Source: Eukaryota sp. GEM-RC1 (taxonomy: Eukaryota). Taken from it: DNA of 64,000 nucleotides. Below the pieces are notes generated by a model. The model saw nothing but the letters and a program-made list of their open reading frames with translations. It was not told where the DNA came from and did not search any database. How positions within the stretch are numbered: the first letter of the stretch is position 1; the number at the start of each line of letters is the position of its first letter. The DNA is taken from NCBI GenBank assembly GCA_040285855.1, contig JAUFOQ010000002.1:744001-808000 (forward strand), given 5' to 3'. Made by a program: the position numbers and the translations under genes. This document shows positions 33,184 to 45,600 of this stretch, in pieces.

Positions 33184-33774
33184 ATGGAGACCGAAATAAA
33201 TCTAACAGACCATCAGGAGTCTCTACAGTCACATATAGACTATAACACTTTGGCCCCTGTGGAACAGAAAGACCTTCTTGACTTTGTCAATCGTTTCGTT
33301 TCTACCAACACAAACTTCCTCAATAACTTCGCTAACTGTGTTGAAAATCGACTCTCTGATTTAGCAAGGAAGCGTCAGGACATTGAATCGCTGCTATGCA
33401 TCCTAGAAGCTAAACTAAAAACCATTCCAGATTCCGTTGCTCAAGCTCCTCCCAAGAGTGCTGCTCCTATTCCTCCACCGGCTCCTACTTCCAGTCATCC
33501 TGCACCACCTCCCCCACCTCCTCCTCCTGGTTCAGGAGCTCCACCCCCGCCACCCCCTGGTGCACCACCAGCTGTACCACCGCCACCTCCTGAGGAAGAA
33601 GAGGAAGAAGATCCTGCAGAACAGGAACGTGCAGAACTGGAAGAGAAATACAGAAAATACATAAAGGTTCTTCGAATGAATGTACCGGAACCTGTTGTTC
33701 GACATAGATTATCAGTCGAAATGAATGCTTCTGAGGAAGAAATTGACAAAATTGTCGCAATTGCAAAGAAATAA
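33184..33774 (+). CDS. WASHC3: WASH complex subunit 3 (CCDC53)
   Basis: FVNRFV...FLNNFANCVENRL...LCILEAKLKTIP, a poly-proline linker and KYRKYIKVLRMNVPEPVVR. Confidence 0.88.
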   Translation: METEINLTDHQESLQSHIDYNTLAPVEQKDLLDFVNRFVSTNTNFLNNFANCVENRLSDLARKRQDIESLLCILEAKLKTIPDSVAQAPPKSAAPIPPPAPTSSHPAPPPPPPPPGSGAPPPPPPGAPPAVPPPPPEEEEEEDPAEQERAELEEKYRKYIKVLRMNVPEPVVRHRLSVEMNASEEEIDKIVAIAKK

Positions 33775-34107
33775 TTATTTGAAATGTTTTTTGCCCATAG
33801 CCCTGAATTTTATTTATTTGACTTGTATAAAAATTTGTGTAGTAATTGAGTTATGCTAATCAAGATCTTAAGTGCTGTTTGGTTTCTAATTATGACGTTT
33901 CCAAATCAAATCACCTCAATGAAATACATATTGTAGCTGAAATAGTATTTATCAAATAGCAAAGGTCCAGGAATAAATGAATATTCAAAAATGAACTGGA
34001 CTATCAGAGAATTGACACATTCTTAAATGTGCTTAACCTAACAGTATTCAAAAAATACATTAAGATTAGGGATTCTCAAGACAAACTCCAAGTGATCAAA
34101 AGAACTC

Positions 34108-34968
34108 TCAACTACGACTTCTTACCACAACCAAACGATCTTTACATCCTGGACAGAACCTTGCTGGTCTACATGACACACTACAACAAGAGGAACAAAC
34201 AAAACCAATAGATACCAGGTTACCGTGACAAGAACAGAATGCTCTAGTATCAACAGAATTCAAGTTAGACAAACAAGGGAGAGAAGTTCGAGTATTAAGA
34301 GGAGTTAGAAAGTTAATAGTAAATACTTGTAGAATCCTGGACATGAACTCCGTCTTGGAAAAATCAGAAGAGACGTTAAAACACTGAAAACATCCTCCTG
34401 AAATGTAAGAAAGTTGATGCAAAGGGTGACTCACCTCATCAGAAGTGTCAAAAACAAGAAAGTCAATGGGAATCTGGCGCTTCTTTGCTGCAAATGCTAC
34501 ATTCAATAGAGGTGTGAAACTTTGAACACTAGTAGAGAAATGAGTGGAAGAAAGAGGAGATACGCAAATGATACTGCCATACAGAGTATCAGAAGATTTA
34601 GTTGAGTGTCTGTTTATGTAGCACATTGCTTTCGAGAGACCAGAAGTAAGAGCTCTAAGAGAAGTAGAGGGATCATTGGGAGAGTGATCAAGCGAAGCGA
34701 TGGTATGGCAAGAACGTTCCAGATTTGAGATTTCCACTGTGTGGGAACAAAAATGTGCTGGTGATTTGTATATGAAATATGAATCGTGTGAAGTTGTTAC
34801 GATTAAGGAACAGAAGTTTTGTTGCGAGAATGACATAAACATTGAAAAGAAGTTCTTGATAACGGACAATACATCAGTAACAGAAAACGGTAGTCTGTGC
34901 CATAGTACAACCGAAAGATCTAAAACTAAGACGAGAGCTGAAGGTCCTTCACTAAGACCATTCTGCAT
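34108..34968 (-). CDS. GTF2H3: TFIIH subunit p34 / Tfb4
   Basis: LVLVLD, LSKAMCYINR, LNVAFAAKKRQIPID and VDTRAFCSCHGNLVSIGFVCSSCCSVSC...CPGC. Confidence 0.9.
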   Translation of the reverse strand: MQNGLSEGPSALVLVLDLSVVLWHRLPFSVTDVLSVIKNFFSMFMSFSQQNFCSLIVTTSHDSYFIYKSPAHFCSHTVEISNLERSCHTIASLDHSPNDPSTSLRALTSGLSKAMCYINRHSTKSSDTLYGSIICVSPLSSTHFSTSVQSFTPLLNVAFAAKKRQIPIDFLVFDTSDEVSHPLHQLSYISGGCFQCFNVSSDFSKTEFMSRILQVFTINFLTPLNTRTSLPCLSNLNSVDTRAFCSCHGNLVSIGFVCSSCCSVSCRPARFCPGCKDRLVVVRSRS

Positions 34969-35114
34969 CAAAGTGTCGGACAAAGATAATAACTTTACCT
35001 AATTAAGTGAGGTGTAACTCAAAGAAGAAGATCAAGGATGCAGAAGTTGAACTTATCTTCTTGTTTGCTTTAAGTCCACTACCAACACCACTTATCACAT
35101 CCTTATAAACTTCA

Positions 35115-36269
35115 ATGGCTGCTCATAATCATACTAAGTCCATGGCTAATGCCTTCAAAATGTATAATGAAAGAGAACGTTTTTCTTCTGCCCAAGTGGC
35201 TTCTCGTAATGAAGCTTTCAAGGAAGAGCGTATCCGTGCCGCAAAACGGTTAGTCGGTAGAGGTGCTGGCAAAGATGCAGAAAAGTCCGACTCTCTTGAC
35301 CTTTCTCAATACAAACCTTGGTATGCCAAGGACTCATCCACTCGTGATCTCAAGGACGTGCACAAAGCTGAACTAGATCCTTCCCTCAAACGTACTGTCT
35401 CCAAGAAGTCTCGTTTTAACAAGAGTTCCTGTCAAAACTGTGGATGCACTGGACACAAAACCATTGATTGTCTTGACCGTCCTACTAAAATGAAGAAGAA
35501 AGATATTACAAGTGTCTCTCAAGATGAGAGGCCTTCCTCTTTGAAGTAGCGACTGATAGATTTTTGGGGTATGACCCTGCTGAGTACGCAAAGGTTGTAG
35601 AAGATTTTGACGAGAAGAAAGCAGCTGAAAAGAGGGCTAAACAACATCATTTACTTACTAGTTTCATTACAGAACCAGATCCAGAACAAGTAAGGTTTCC
35701 TCATAGCACTGTAAAGTACGATCGTCGACAGAAAGTTAAGCAGGATGAAGCTGAGGGCAAAATGAGGGGAGCTGTGGAGAGTGACGATTTACGTATCTTG
35801 TTACCTACTACAAGTCGAAGATCACGTTTTGAAACGGCAAAATATTTGGAGAATTTAGAGGATGAAACAGTTGATTATGATCCCAAGACTAGATCGTCGA
35901 CTGTCACTCAAGATGACGATGGATTGGATTTCGAATCAACTAATGATCCCAATAGAGTTGATCAGGTGTTTGCTTGGGAAGATCGAGCAGTAGTCAGTAG
36001 TATGACTGCAGAAGAACTTGAAGAGATTGAGCAATTGGAAGCAACTACGGGAGTTTGTCTCTAAGGAAAAGAGTTCTAGTAAGGGCTCTGTTGATCACGT
36101 GCCTAAATCAAAGTGGGAAGAAGATCAATTTGAAGGAGATCATTCATCTGTATGGGGGTCGTTTTATAAAGATGGAAAGTGGGGATATGATTGCTGTAAA
36201 CAGACGGTTAGGCAGTGTGTTTGCTTAAAGGAGATGGCAAAGTATAGTATTGGGGGATTAGTGGTTTGA
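35115..36269 (+). CDS. SLU7: Pre-mRNA splicing factor Slu7, two frameshifts
   Basis: PWY, knuckle CQNCGCTGHKTIDCLDRP, GYDP, TAKYLENL...YDPKTRS and KSKWEED...HSSVWGSFYKDGKWGYDCC. Confidence 0.88.
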
Positions 36270-37917
36270 TTGATGATTGATTGTTTTGAAATACACTAAT
36301 TGAATGTCGTCATTTGAAGTTTCATCTTCATCTTCAGTTCACCTTGTGATTGGTCCGAACTATTGTTCTTCAGTATATGATTTTTTATCGTTAGTTCTTT
36401 TAACACAATTCCAGTATTTATAGAATAGTCCCCTACTATAAAAGCATTTGAAAATGTTGCAGTGTGTGATTCTTTTGGTCGTCTTTAATGGGATAGAGAG
36501 AATAATCACTGCATTTATATACTGTGTCATTATTCCGGCATTTTGGTTCCTGAACTGAACCATCTAACATTGCTATCTATCGTATTCATATGTGTTTGTA
36601 TTGACATACAATCTCAGTACCGAGTATGACAATTTCTCATGTGATTTGAGTGCAATGATAAAGGGTTTAATACCACTTAACTAATTGTAGTTTCATACAA
36701 TGAAAACGCCTTTCATTATATCATACAAATAATTACTATCATCAATATTAACAAATGAGATACCGATACCTCTGCATCATCTCAATTCATGTCTCAATGC
36801 AAAAAGACTGTTCAAAATCGAATCAAAATACCTAAACAAAGCTTTGAAAAGGGAAAATGACAACCTTTTTCCCCACCAACTTTCATTAAAATTCTTTCCA
36901 TACTGCCTTCACAATTTGCCAAACAAATTCCTAGAATGTATATTAATGTAACAGTAGGCCCATGTAGTTTAATTGACTTGCTTTTTAGGATGTATTAATA
37001 TATTTAAATTGAATCATCATTTCGATTTTAGATAACTTAACAAGCAGAGTCTACACCTGTATTCTACTGTTGACCATTTTTAAGATTCTCAGCTACCCTT
37101 CTAAAAAACGCATTAGAAATACTCTATACAGCAAATTTTTTTATGAAATACCACCGTGTTCTAACAATTTTAGTCAGAATTACAGTATTAGTCGTACCAT
37201 TGAAAAATATTAATTCATATGTTAGTTCGATCACCTGAAACTTCTTCTACTGTATTAGTCAAATGTATTCTAGGTGAATGTCACAATAGACTCACATTGA
37301 GTTCTTCTGCAGTGATATCATCCTAATATGCCAATGTTCAACAAGTAAACAGAAACGTTTTATTCAATAGAATCACATAATTATTGATGTGAGCGCATTA
37401 TAAATATGATTTGTCGGTAACACAATCCGCTTGTTTTCCACCTTTTGAAATGTTACATTAGGAAATGTTGTCATTTCTGGACAATAGTTTCTTTCATCTA
37501 TTAAAATCATCTGTAAACAGTAGGAGAAGAGATATGTTAATGAAACAGATTGGAGTGACAGGTTGTCCAAAGTCTATAGACGAAAAAAAAGTTCAAAATT
37601 GATAGTTCTTTTGGTATTAGGGAAGGACAAACAAAATGCTCTTTTTAGTAAAGAAAGATAGTCCTGTAGTTTGCAAAATCTGACCTTTTCAGAAACGCGA
37701 AAGATGAAAATTATGATTTTAATCCTGATGATAAAACGCATTGACTTCTGTCAGGTGAGCTGCCATTGTACTACAATTTTATGAACGTATTGAAGTGAGT
37801 GTTAACACCCATAGTAGTGGGTGGTGTTTTAACGACTTCAATACAGGTATGTTTCTTTAACTCATTACTTTTATAAAAATCTACAAAAAGTATACAATTA
37901 TATCTTTATTATTTAAA

Positions 37918-38535
37918 TTATTTATACAAACACTCCCTCCAAACATGTCCAAGTTTACCACAGCAAGTACAACTGGCAATTCTGTGACCGTCATAGCGGT
38001 GTTCACACTGATTTGTTTGATGTGAATCACTGTAACAATAACCACAACTTGGACCAGAGTCGTACCGGCAAGTATCTGGTGAACATTCACTTCCACACTT
38101 GTAACAGAAATCATTCTCTGCAAGATCCAGTTCATCGAAGCTAGAGTCAAAGTATAGAACTACAAACGCATTCAGAGGGCAGTTGTCCTCTGATTCTTCA
38201 TGTAAACGTCCACACAATAGACAAGGAAGAATGACAGGACAAAACCGTGCAATGTGACCATATTCCTGACATCTATAACATTGCACCGTCTCATACTTAG
38301 AGGGGTGAAAGAAATATCTGAAGTGAGATTGTTGGGGTTCGTCTTCTTGGTCAGTGACGGTCAGGAGTATGTCGGAGATGTCCTGATGTTGGTCGCAGTG
38401 TTGAAGTAAACCTTCAAAGCGATCAAATGCAGATATAGCTTCATCTGCTAGAGATGGATTTTCTTCTATTGTTGGTGTTGTTGATTCCCCTAAAAGCTGT
38501 TGGTCAAAAATCAGCCATTCATCGTCATCAGACAT
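37918..38535 (-). CDS. Air1/2-like multi-CCHC zinc-knuckle protein
   Basis: RYF followed by CYRCQEYGHIARFC and further knuckles, ending CTCCGKLGHVWREC. Confidence 0.7.
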   Translation of the reverse strand: MSDDDEWLIFDQQLLGESTTPTIEENPSLADEAISAFDRFEGLLQHCDQHQDISDILLTVTDQEDEPQQSHFRYFFHPSKYETVQCYRCQEYGHIARFCPVILPCLLCGRLHEESEDNCPLNAFVVLYFDSSFDELDLAENDFCYKCGSECSPDTCRYDSGPSCGYCYSDSHQTNQCEHRYDGHRIASCTCCGKLGHVWRECLYK

Positions 38536-38603
38536 GCATTCAGTCGTTGAGACGGTTTAAAAGTTCAAGAGAAAAAGCGTTAGTTTCACTAAAATCTTCA
38601 TTA

Positions 38604-38786
38604 TTTTTGTTTGAGTAGGTTAACGTTTGCGCTGTTTGCTTCAATGTACAGATACTTTAATTCAATTTTAGGTAAATTGCTTGGTGAAGGACAACAGGAT
38701 CGTCGTCCAGATACTTTAGTTTGTGTCTTACAGTTACTTGTTTCTAAAGCAATTTCTTCTCTGATTGGTCATAAACCCCGGCTTTA
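38604..38786 (+). mobile_element. 3' remnant of CRE-like non-LTR retrotransposon (copy A)
   Basis: AGTAGGTTAACGTTTGCG...CATAAACCCCG shared with the copies ending at 52053 and 61568. Confidence 0.75.
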
Positions 38787-39981
38787 TATCTTATATTTTA
38801 CAGTCAGATAAAGATAATGCAACAGACAGAAAACTACATGCACTCATAGGGCTCTATCCTCAAAATCTCTTTTGGTTGTAGACAGGAAATCAGAAATCTT
38901 GTGTCTAACAGTCGCCTAAAGAAATGAGACTAGTCTAAATAAAATATAAATAATTATAATGATTTTACTACACCAGCAGTTGATCCGTTTGTAAAAGTCT
39001 ACAAGGACTCTATTTTGAATGATTCTTATGGTCATCGTCAAAAGGCTGAACAGCAAAAGTGTTCTAATTATGCTGAGTACTCGATGAGAAGAAAGTTGCA
39101 TCTACAACTAGAAATTGGTTTCAAGATATTCTGACTTTTTCTTGTGAAAATAATTTACGGTTATATGGTCAGACATTCGTTTAAACATGAGCTGAAAGAA
39201 AGTTTCGCATATGCTTTGAATAAATCTAACTCAAGTAAATCGTAAACAAACAAAATTGATTTGAAATTATTAAGTGCTTACGTTTGGGTTTGGTTCCTGT
39301 TGAATTGCTCGACAATGCTGAATGGGTATGTAACCATCGTCGCAATGCAACTTTTAGACATGAAATTAATTGTCCCAAATTTATTCAATTTCGTTCTGTT
39401 TTTCATAATGCTGTCAGAGATTTTATAATATAAGTTGCTAAAAATAATAGCAATACTTTTAAGCACTTAAAAACACATATATTGTAAACTGTGTTGAATG
39501 GCTATTCTGTCACGAATTCAAATATTTCATATAAGAACAAGCTTAATGTGATTAAACCCGAATACTGATGAGCCAATAGTGATCATCGTGTAGAATCACT
39601 CTCTTCATAAAAAGAAGGGACACCATTTGGTTAAAGAACGCGAAAGCAGCTACACTCAACAACTCAAAACACAAGTCTATTTTACGGCTCTGAAATCGAT
39701 TTTGTGGAGAGCTTTCGTCAACCAATTGAACCCAGCCACTGCAGACTTTTACAACTTTCAATCACTCTTAGATTAGCAAGCAGTTGCTGATTTAGGAACA
39801 AACAATGAAAACTTGGATGAGAGTGGATGAATAGATTCCGGAGAATATTGTGGGAGGTCAATAGAGAACAGCATGGTTGCAGAGATTTGAAAGAGTTGTA
39901 GGAACACCGTCTGGTGTCTGTGTAAACACTGTAAAGGAGATGTTTCCAAAACTGGATCGTTTACTTTTGATGTCAAAATCT

Positions 39982-41919
39982 ATGATTAGACTTCTTGTGG
40001 TTCTGGTCGCTTTCCATGTTGTACAAGTTTGTGCCAACAATTGGTCCCTTTGGAATCACAAATCTGATGCGATATCCTTTACAAATATCACATCGGTTCC
40101 CTCCAATACGGTTGCTATGTCTGTATCAAAAATAACATATAATGAAGCTAGTTGTGAGTCTCTTGTTCTGACTTGGTTTTCAGGATCTTCTCTCAACTAT
40201 CGTGTACTCTATTGTTACTTCAAATACGGTTGGTATTTCCAAGATAAGGGTTTCCATCCCTTCTTCTTCCTCATGGAACAACAAAACTCAACCTCGCTTT
40301 CTCCCTTTGACGTTCCTGTCAGTGCTCATTCTCGATCTTTTACATCCGTAGCCGCACATCCTGCCACTTACGCAGTCGCATCATCACAGGACAATTTTGG
40401 TGTAGTCCTTGGCCTTTGTACATGTTGGAGTCTCTCTGCAGCATACGTTGGACAGACTTGTGGAAGTACATTTATAGGGTGTAGTAATTCACAGTATGAT
40501 CGAGACAGTGATATTCTTGGAAGATGTCGTTACCAATTAAGAAGGGGACTTGATCTACATGAGCCGAAACTGGCATCTGCATACTTTGACGAAACCGACA
40601 TTTCAGCAACATCTGAACTTTATCACCATATTGATATTCCTGAAACTGATGGCGTCGCTGGTCACAGAAACCCTGGGAGATCCGAAATTCCCCATACTGC
40701 TGCATCTTTCTTTGCTCTCAGAGACTTAACTGGAAATGGTTACACTGATGTGGTTTTTGGAGGGATCGTTCGCACTCCAATCAACTTGTGGACATTTCAC
40801 TCCTTCCCAAAACGGTGCTGTACACGATCTGGTAGCTTAAATAGCGCCTCTGGCTCAGCAATAGAGTCTTCCACCGCTTGGAGACGAGCGATTGTTGGTA
40901 CTGGAAGTGTTTCTATCAGTTCCGGAAGTGCTGGATGGGAGATCATCTCTTCTCGATTGGTGTACGATGGATCAGTGACTTCATCCATTGGTTGGACCCA
41001 TATTGACACGTATGCTGAAAGATCAATGATATCTTCATTTAGTGTCCAGTTTGGTATAATGGAGATGGAGCGACCTAATGGTCAATCGACAGCCGGATCT
41101 ACTATATCAGGTAATGCAGGTGTCATTTTTGGTAGAAGAAATAGTAATAACTTCTACTCTTATGTTGTCGATTTCAGTAGTAATCGCCACCATCTATTTA
41201 AAGTTGTCAATGGGGCCAGATCTACATTGGGATCGGCAGCGATACCCTCATATACTGTCCCACGTACGTTCAGTATTAGCACATCGGTATCTGTAGCCGG
41301 AGTTGTGTCTGTCAATGGAATTGCAGGATCATTTTCATTTTCCGATCTTAACGCACATCACGGCTCATTCACTGTATATGTGAGTAATGTTTTCGGAGGG
41401 TGGTTTTCATCGTTTTCCTTCAGCTGGAGCGCATGGTTTGATACAACTGTTAACAGAGATCCTGCTCCATGGTCTCTTGCTGATCGTAATAACAAAATAT
41501 GTGATCTCAAACTTTGGACTCATGAATACTCATCTGCCACTGAATTCACTACACGGACAATCAACACTGGCAGCTTTCCCGCGTTTTCCAATTGTCCCAG
41601 TGTAAATAGTCCTCTTTTGTGTAGTAGCAGTTGGATTAATCTGGATTCGGATGCTCGTCCAGATCTACTTCTCCAATGTACGGTTGGGACTACCATACAG
41701 TACAGAGTTGGAATGAATTGGGGTATTGCAGGTCCAACTTCCTGGATAACAATGGATCCAGGTGATTTGGAAATAGCCACTAATACAAAAACGTCTTTTC
41801 AGCCGATACGATTCGGTAATCGTCCAACAATGTCATCTGGTACGTTTCGTATCGAACCTTTGCTTTTGATTACTGAAGCTAATGGAGTTCTTCGTTACCG
41901 ACATTTGTTTAGAAAATAG
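39982..41919 (+). CDS. Secreted protein with FG-GAP-like motifs and a lectin-like beta domain
   Basis: Signal peptide MIRLLVVLVAFHVVQVCA; DLTGNGYTDVV and NLDSDARPDLL motifs; beta-rich AGVIFGRRNSNNFYSYVVD...LFKVVNG; no TM anchor seen. Confidence 0.65.
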   Translation: MIRLLVVLVAFHVVQVCANNWSLWNHKSDAISFTNITSVPSNTVAMSVSKITYNEASCESLVLTWFSGSSLNYRVLYCYFKYGWYFQDKGFHPFFFLMEQQNSTSLSPFDVPVSAHSRSFTSVAAHPATYAVASSQDNFGVVLGLCTCWSLSAAYVGQTCGSTFIGCSNSQYDRDSDILGRCRYQLRRGLDLHEPKLASAYFDETDISATSELYHHIDIPETDGVAGHRNPGRSEIPHTAASFFALRDLTGNGYTDVVFGGIVRTPINLWTFHSFPKRCCTRSGSLNSASGSAIESSTAWRRAIVGTGSVSISSGSAGWEIISSRLVYDGSVTSSIGWTHIDTYAERSMISSFSVQFGIMEMERPNGQSTAGSTISGNAGVIFGRRNSNNFYSYVVDFSSNRHHLFKVVNGARSTLGSAAIPSYTVPRTFSISTSVSVAGVVSVNGIAGSFSFSDLNAHHGSFTVYVSNVFGGWFSSFSFSWSAWFDTTVNRDPAPWSLADRNNKICDLKLWTHEYSSATEFTTRTINTGSFPAFSNCPSVNSPLLCSSSWINLDSDARPDLLLQCTVGTTIQYRVGMNWGIAGPTSWITMDPGDLEIATNTKTSFQPIRFGNRPTMSSGTFRIEPLLLITEANGVLRYRHLFRK

Positions 41920-42649
41920 TTGAGTTTATGTTTACTTGTGGAAAAACAGGTTAGAACCACCCAAACCTTGTTCCCAAGATGATATTTTTTGTTAGCAGGC
42001 ACACAGATTCGTTTTTTTTTGGAATAAATAGTAGAATACTATTGTGAATCAAAGAGATTGATAAAGTCATCAGTTTATTGATTATAAATACAATTTTTAT
42101 CCTTTTAGAAATCATAGTTTCATGAATGAAATCTGGAAATACTGAATTGCCTTTCATTGAAAACATCAAACTTAAAATTATGGGATATTCGTTCCCAGAT
42201 TCTAATATATTTAAAGGCTATTTTTCAAAGGAAAAATAGCCTTTGAAGGAGAAAACTGTTGTCTTTTGGCTACTTACACGGAAAGAACATCTCGGCTTTC
42301 TCTGCCATAGATAAACGAGATTTCTTGGATATCGTTTGTTGTAAGAGTACTGTGGTACTGTGTGTATTATTATCCCCCTTTTGGATAGATTGACCTTCAC
42401 ACCACCATTAAAAATCAGTAAACGACCTATTATTATAATATCACATTTAGTGGATAATCTACTCAAAAAAACATTGTTTCGCTACACATATCTGATCAAA
42501 TGGGTCATAAGGTACCTTGAATGGTTCCGTTGCACTCTTCTGAGAACATTGATTCAGTTGGTAGATGAAACAGTGAAGACATTATGAGCAAACTATAGAT
42601 GATTGACTTGAAATGTTGAGGAAAGTTCTTAAAATACATCCTTCTCTTT

Positions 42650-45600
42650 ATGCTGATTATATACACGTTTTTAGTTTTGATCGTCTCCATCGTCGACGGA
42701 ATCACGATCAACAGCAATACTGTTCTACCGACAAACAGTCTGTACTCGACAGTTACATGGAATGCAGGTCACCTTGAGGCCCATAATCTTCGTGTTACTG
42801 GTACCTTACGACTACGAGGATCAACGCCTCGGGAGTTTACGGGATCTATAACTGCGGATCACATATCGGTGGAGGGTGAAGTCCAAATTCTGTGTAGTGA
42901 CGGTGTATCTTCTCAAGCAATTATCGACGCCACCACGCTCCATGTTCTTCCCTACTTCTCTTTATCGAGTACACCTTCCTTTGCTGTCACTCAGCTGATC
43001 GACGTCGATATGGGCTATCTTTCGTTAGACACAACCCTGCGTGCACTGTCGCCTGTTGACTGGAAAATTTCGATGGCTGTTGTCGAGCTATATAACACGT
43101 CTGAAGTCTCACCCAACGATCCTCATGTCTCCACAAATGTTGACATCATGAATGGTGTTTTAGAACTAACGTCAGGACGTCCAATGTCGGTAACAGGGAG
43201 TTGTCATTTAGAACGTGGTCGTTTGGGTGGACATGATAATTTTTCAACATTAAACTTTATCTCTGCGGTCGCAGAATTTCAACTCCCCACAATCACAATT
43301 GATGGCACGTCTCACCTATCGCACTTCGTCTTCTGGCGTCCTCGAACTGAGCTTTCCAACTTAGGCCATCTTACTGTTGGTCATCGTGCTCAATACTCAC
43401 TTCCGTTTCTTTACTTTGAGGAACATACTGGGATCATCAACCACGGCACTCTTATCTTGGATGATGTTCTGGCTTTCTACCACTACAACCACCGTCCAAA
43501 TAGTCCTCACTTTGCCTTCATTTCCAACACGAATGTGATGGCTAAAGACTCTTCAGATCCACAAGGCCGCTTTTTTGAAACCAATCTCCATTTCTCCTCC
43601 TCTGGAACCTTTACCTTGGCCTTTGACAACACTTTCAGACTCTTTGGATCCTTTCCTTACTCACAGCGTCACTTTGTTCATGGCTCAGCTTACCTTGAGG
43701 ACGAGTCACTCTTTCTCCTCTACCAAGATTCCCTTCATTTCACTAATCAATCTCAAGTCTTCGGTGACTCTCAACGCTTCTACATGGAAACAGATCTGTC
43801 TTTGTTGCAGTTCGATCACCTTTACGATGGTAATCTCGTCATGGAGCAAGACTATGGTACCGCTATTTGGAGTAACAACTCTATCTTTCTACTTGATAAA
43901 GCCATTGCTCGGAACAATGTCATTTACAAGATTTTCGAAGATCAATCAACACAAGCCAGTTTCATGGACCTTGTGCAATTAACTGACAAATCTCGGGTCT
44001 CATTCTTTGACATTCACAAGGAGTTAACTATTGATAAGGTTTTGGTCAAGGACGAAGCATTGCTTAAGATGTATTGGAGAGATGGTACCGCCACCTTTTT
44101 GACGAAATTGTAGTTCATGATGGGACAATGATTGCAGGACCAAACTCTCGCAAGGTAGAAATCAAACAGTGGTTCTACGTTCTGAGAGGAAAAGTTTCTT
44201 TTGAAGCTGTTGGAGATTTTATGTTGTTACCTAATACCACTATAGATAGAGGTGAAGTCATTATCGGAGATGTTGGGGGTCCTGTTCTATTAAATCGAGA
44301 GTTACAAGTACTCAGTGGAAAACTTCAAATTGGCTTCGTTGATGGGGACTTTACCATTACTGGATCAGTCATTTGTCGTCAGAGTACAATCTCGATTGCG
44401 GGGATCAATGGATCATTTTTGATTGATGGAAGTGTTGACATGGTACAGTGTCAATTTACTGTTGGTCCAGTAAGTGTTAATGCTGTTATAAGTGGATCTG
44501 TCGTTGCTGATCGTTCTCTGTTACGATTTGATCATATTTTCAAAGTTTTTGAATTGCATCAGTTTTTAAATTTCTTTCACACCTCGACATTTAGAGCTAA
44601 AGCTGGACAAACAAATTTCAATGATTCAATTACGTTTACTGATTCAATTTTTGATCTAACTGTTACTGATTTTGAGCGTGAACTAATTTTTGATCTAGTG
44701 TTAACACGTTCCACGTTTGATGTAATTCATAATGCAAATTTTATTACATTTCCTAAAGCCATCGTTTCTGGTATTTCAACCAAAAATTCTATAGTAACAA
44801 TTCAGAATTCTGGTATTGGACTTGATTTTGTCTTGTATGAAGGAGATTTAACTTGCACTCATTCACGTATTTCTATTGATCTAATTGCTACCAATCATGA
44901 TGCAAAGGGATTCAAACTGCAGAATTGTAATTATCTTGTTTCAAAAATAGGCAATAATTCAAATTTCGAGTCAAATATTGAGGCTGTTCAGTCTTCTGTA
45001 GTGCTGGAAGATATTGCTCAAAATTTGAATTTACCTGGATTTTTGAATTTTGTACAGTCCTCAACGTTTAGAGCTAAAGCCGGACAAGCAAATTTCAATG
45101 ATTCAATTACGTTTACTGATTCAATTTTTGATCTAACTGTTACTGATTGTGAGCGTGAACTAATTTTTGATCTAGTGTTAACACGTTCCACGTTTGATGT
45201 AATTCATAATGCAAATTTTATTACATTTCCTAAAGCCATCGTTACTGGTATTTCAACTAAAAATTCTATAGTAACAATTCAGAATTCTGGTATTGGACTT
45301 GATTTTGTCTTGTATGAAGGAGATTTAACTTGCACTCATTCACGTATTTCTATTGATCTAATTGCTACCAATCATGATGCAAAGGGATTCAAACTGCAGA
45401 ATTGTAATTATCTTGTTTCAAAAATAGGCAATAATTCAAATTTCGAGTCAAATATTGAGGCTGTTCAGTCTTCTGTAGTGCTGGAAGATATTGCTCAAAA
45501 TTTGAATTTACCTGGTTTTGTGAATTTTGTACAGTCCTCAACATTTAGAGCAAAAGCCGGACAAGCAAATTTCAATGATTCAATTACGTTTACTGATTCA

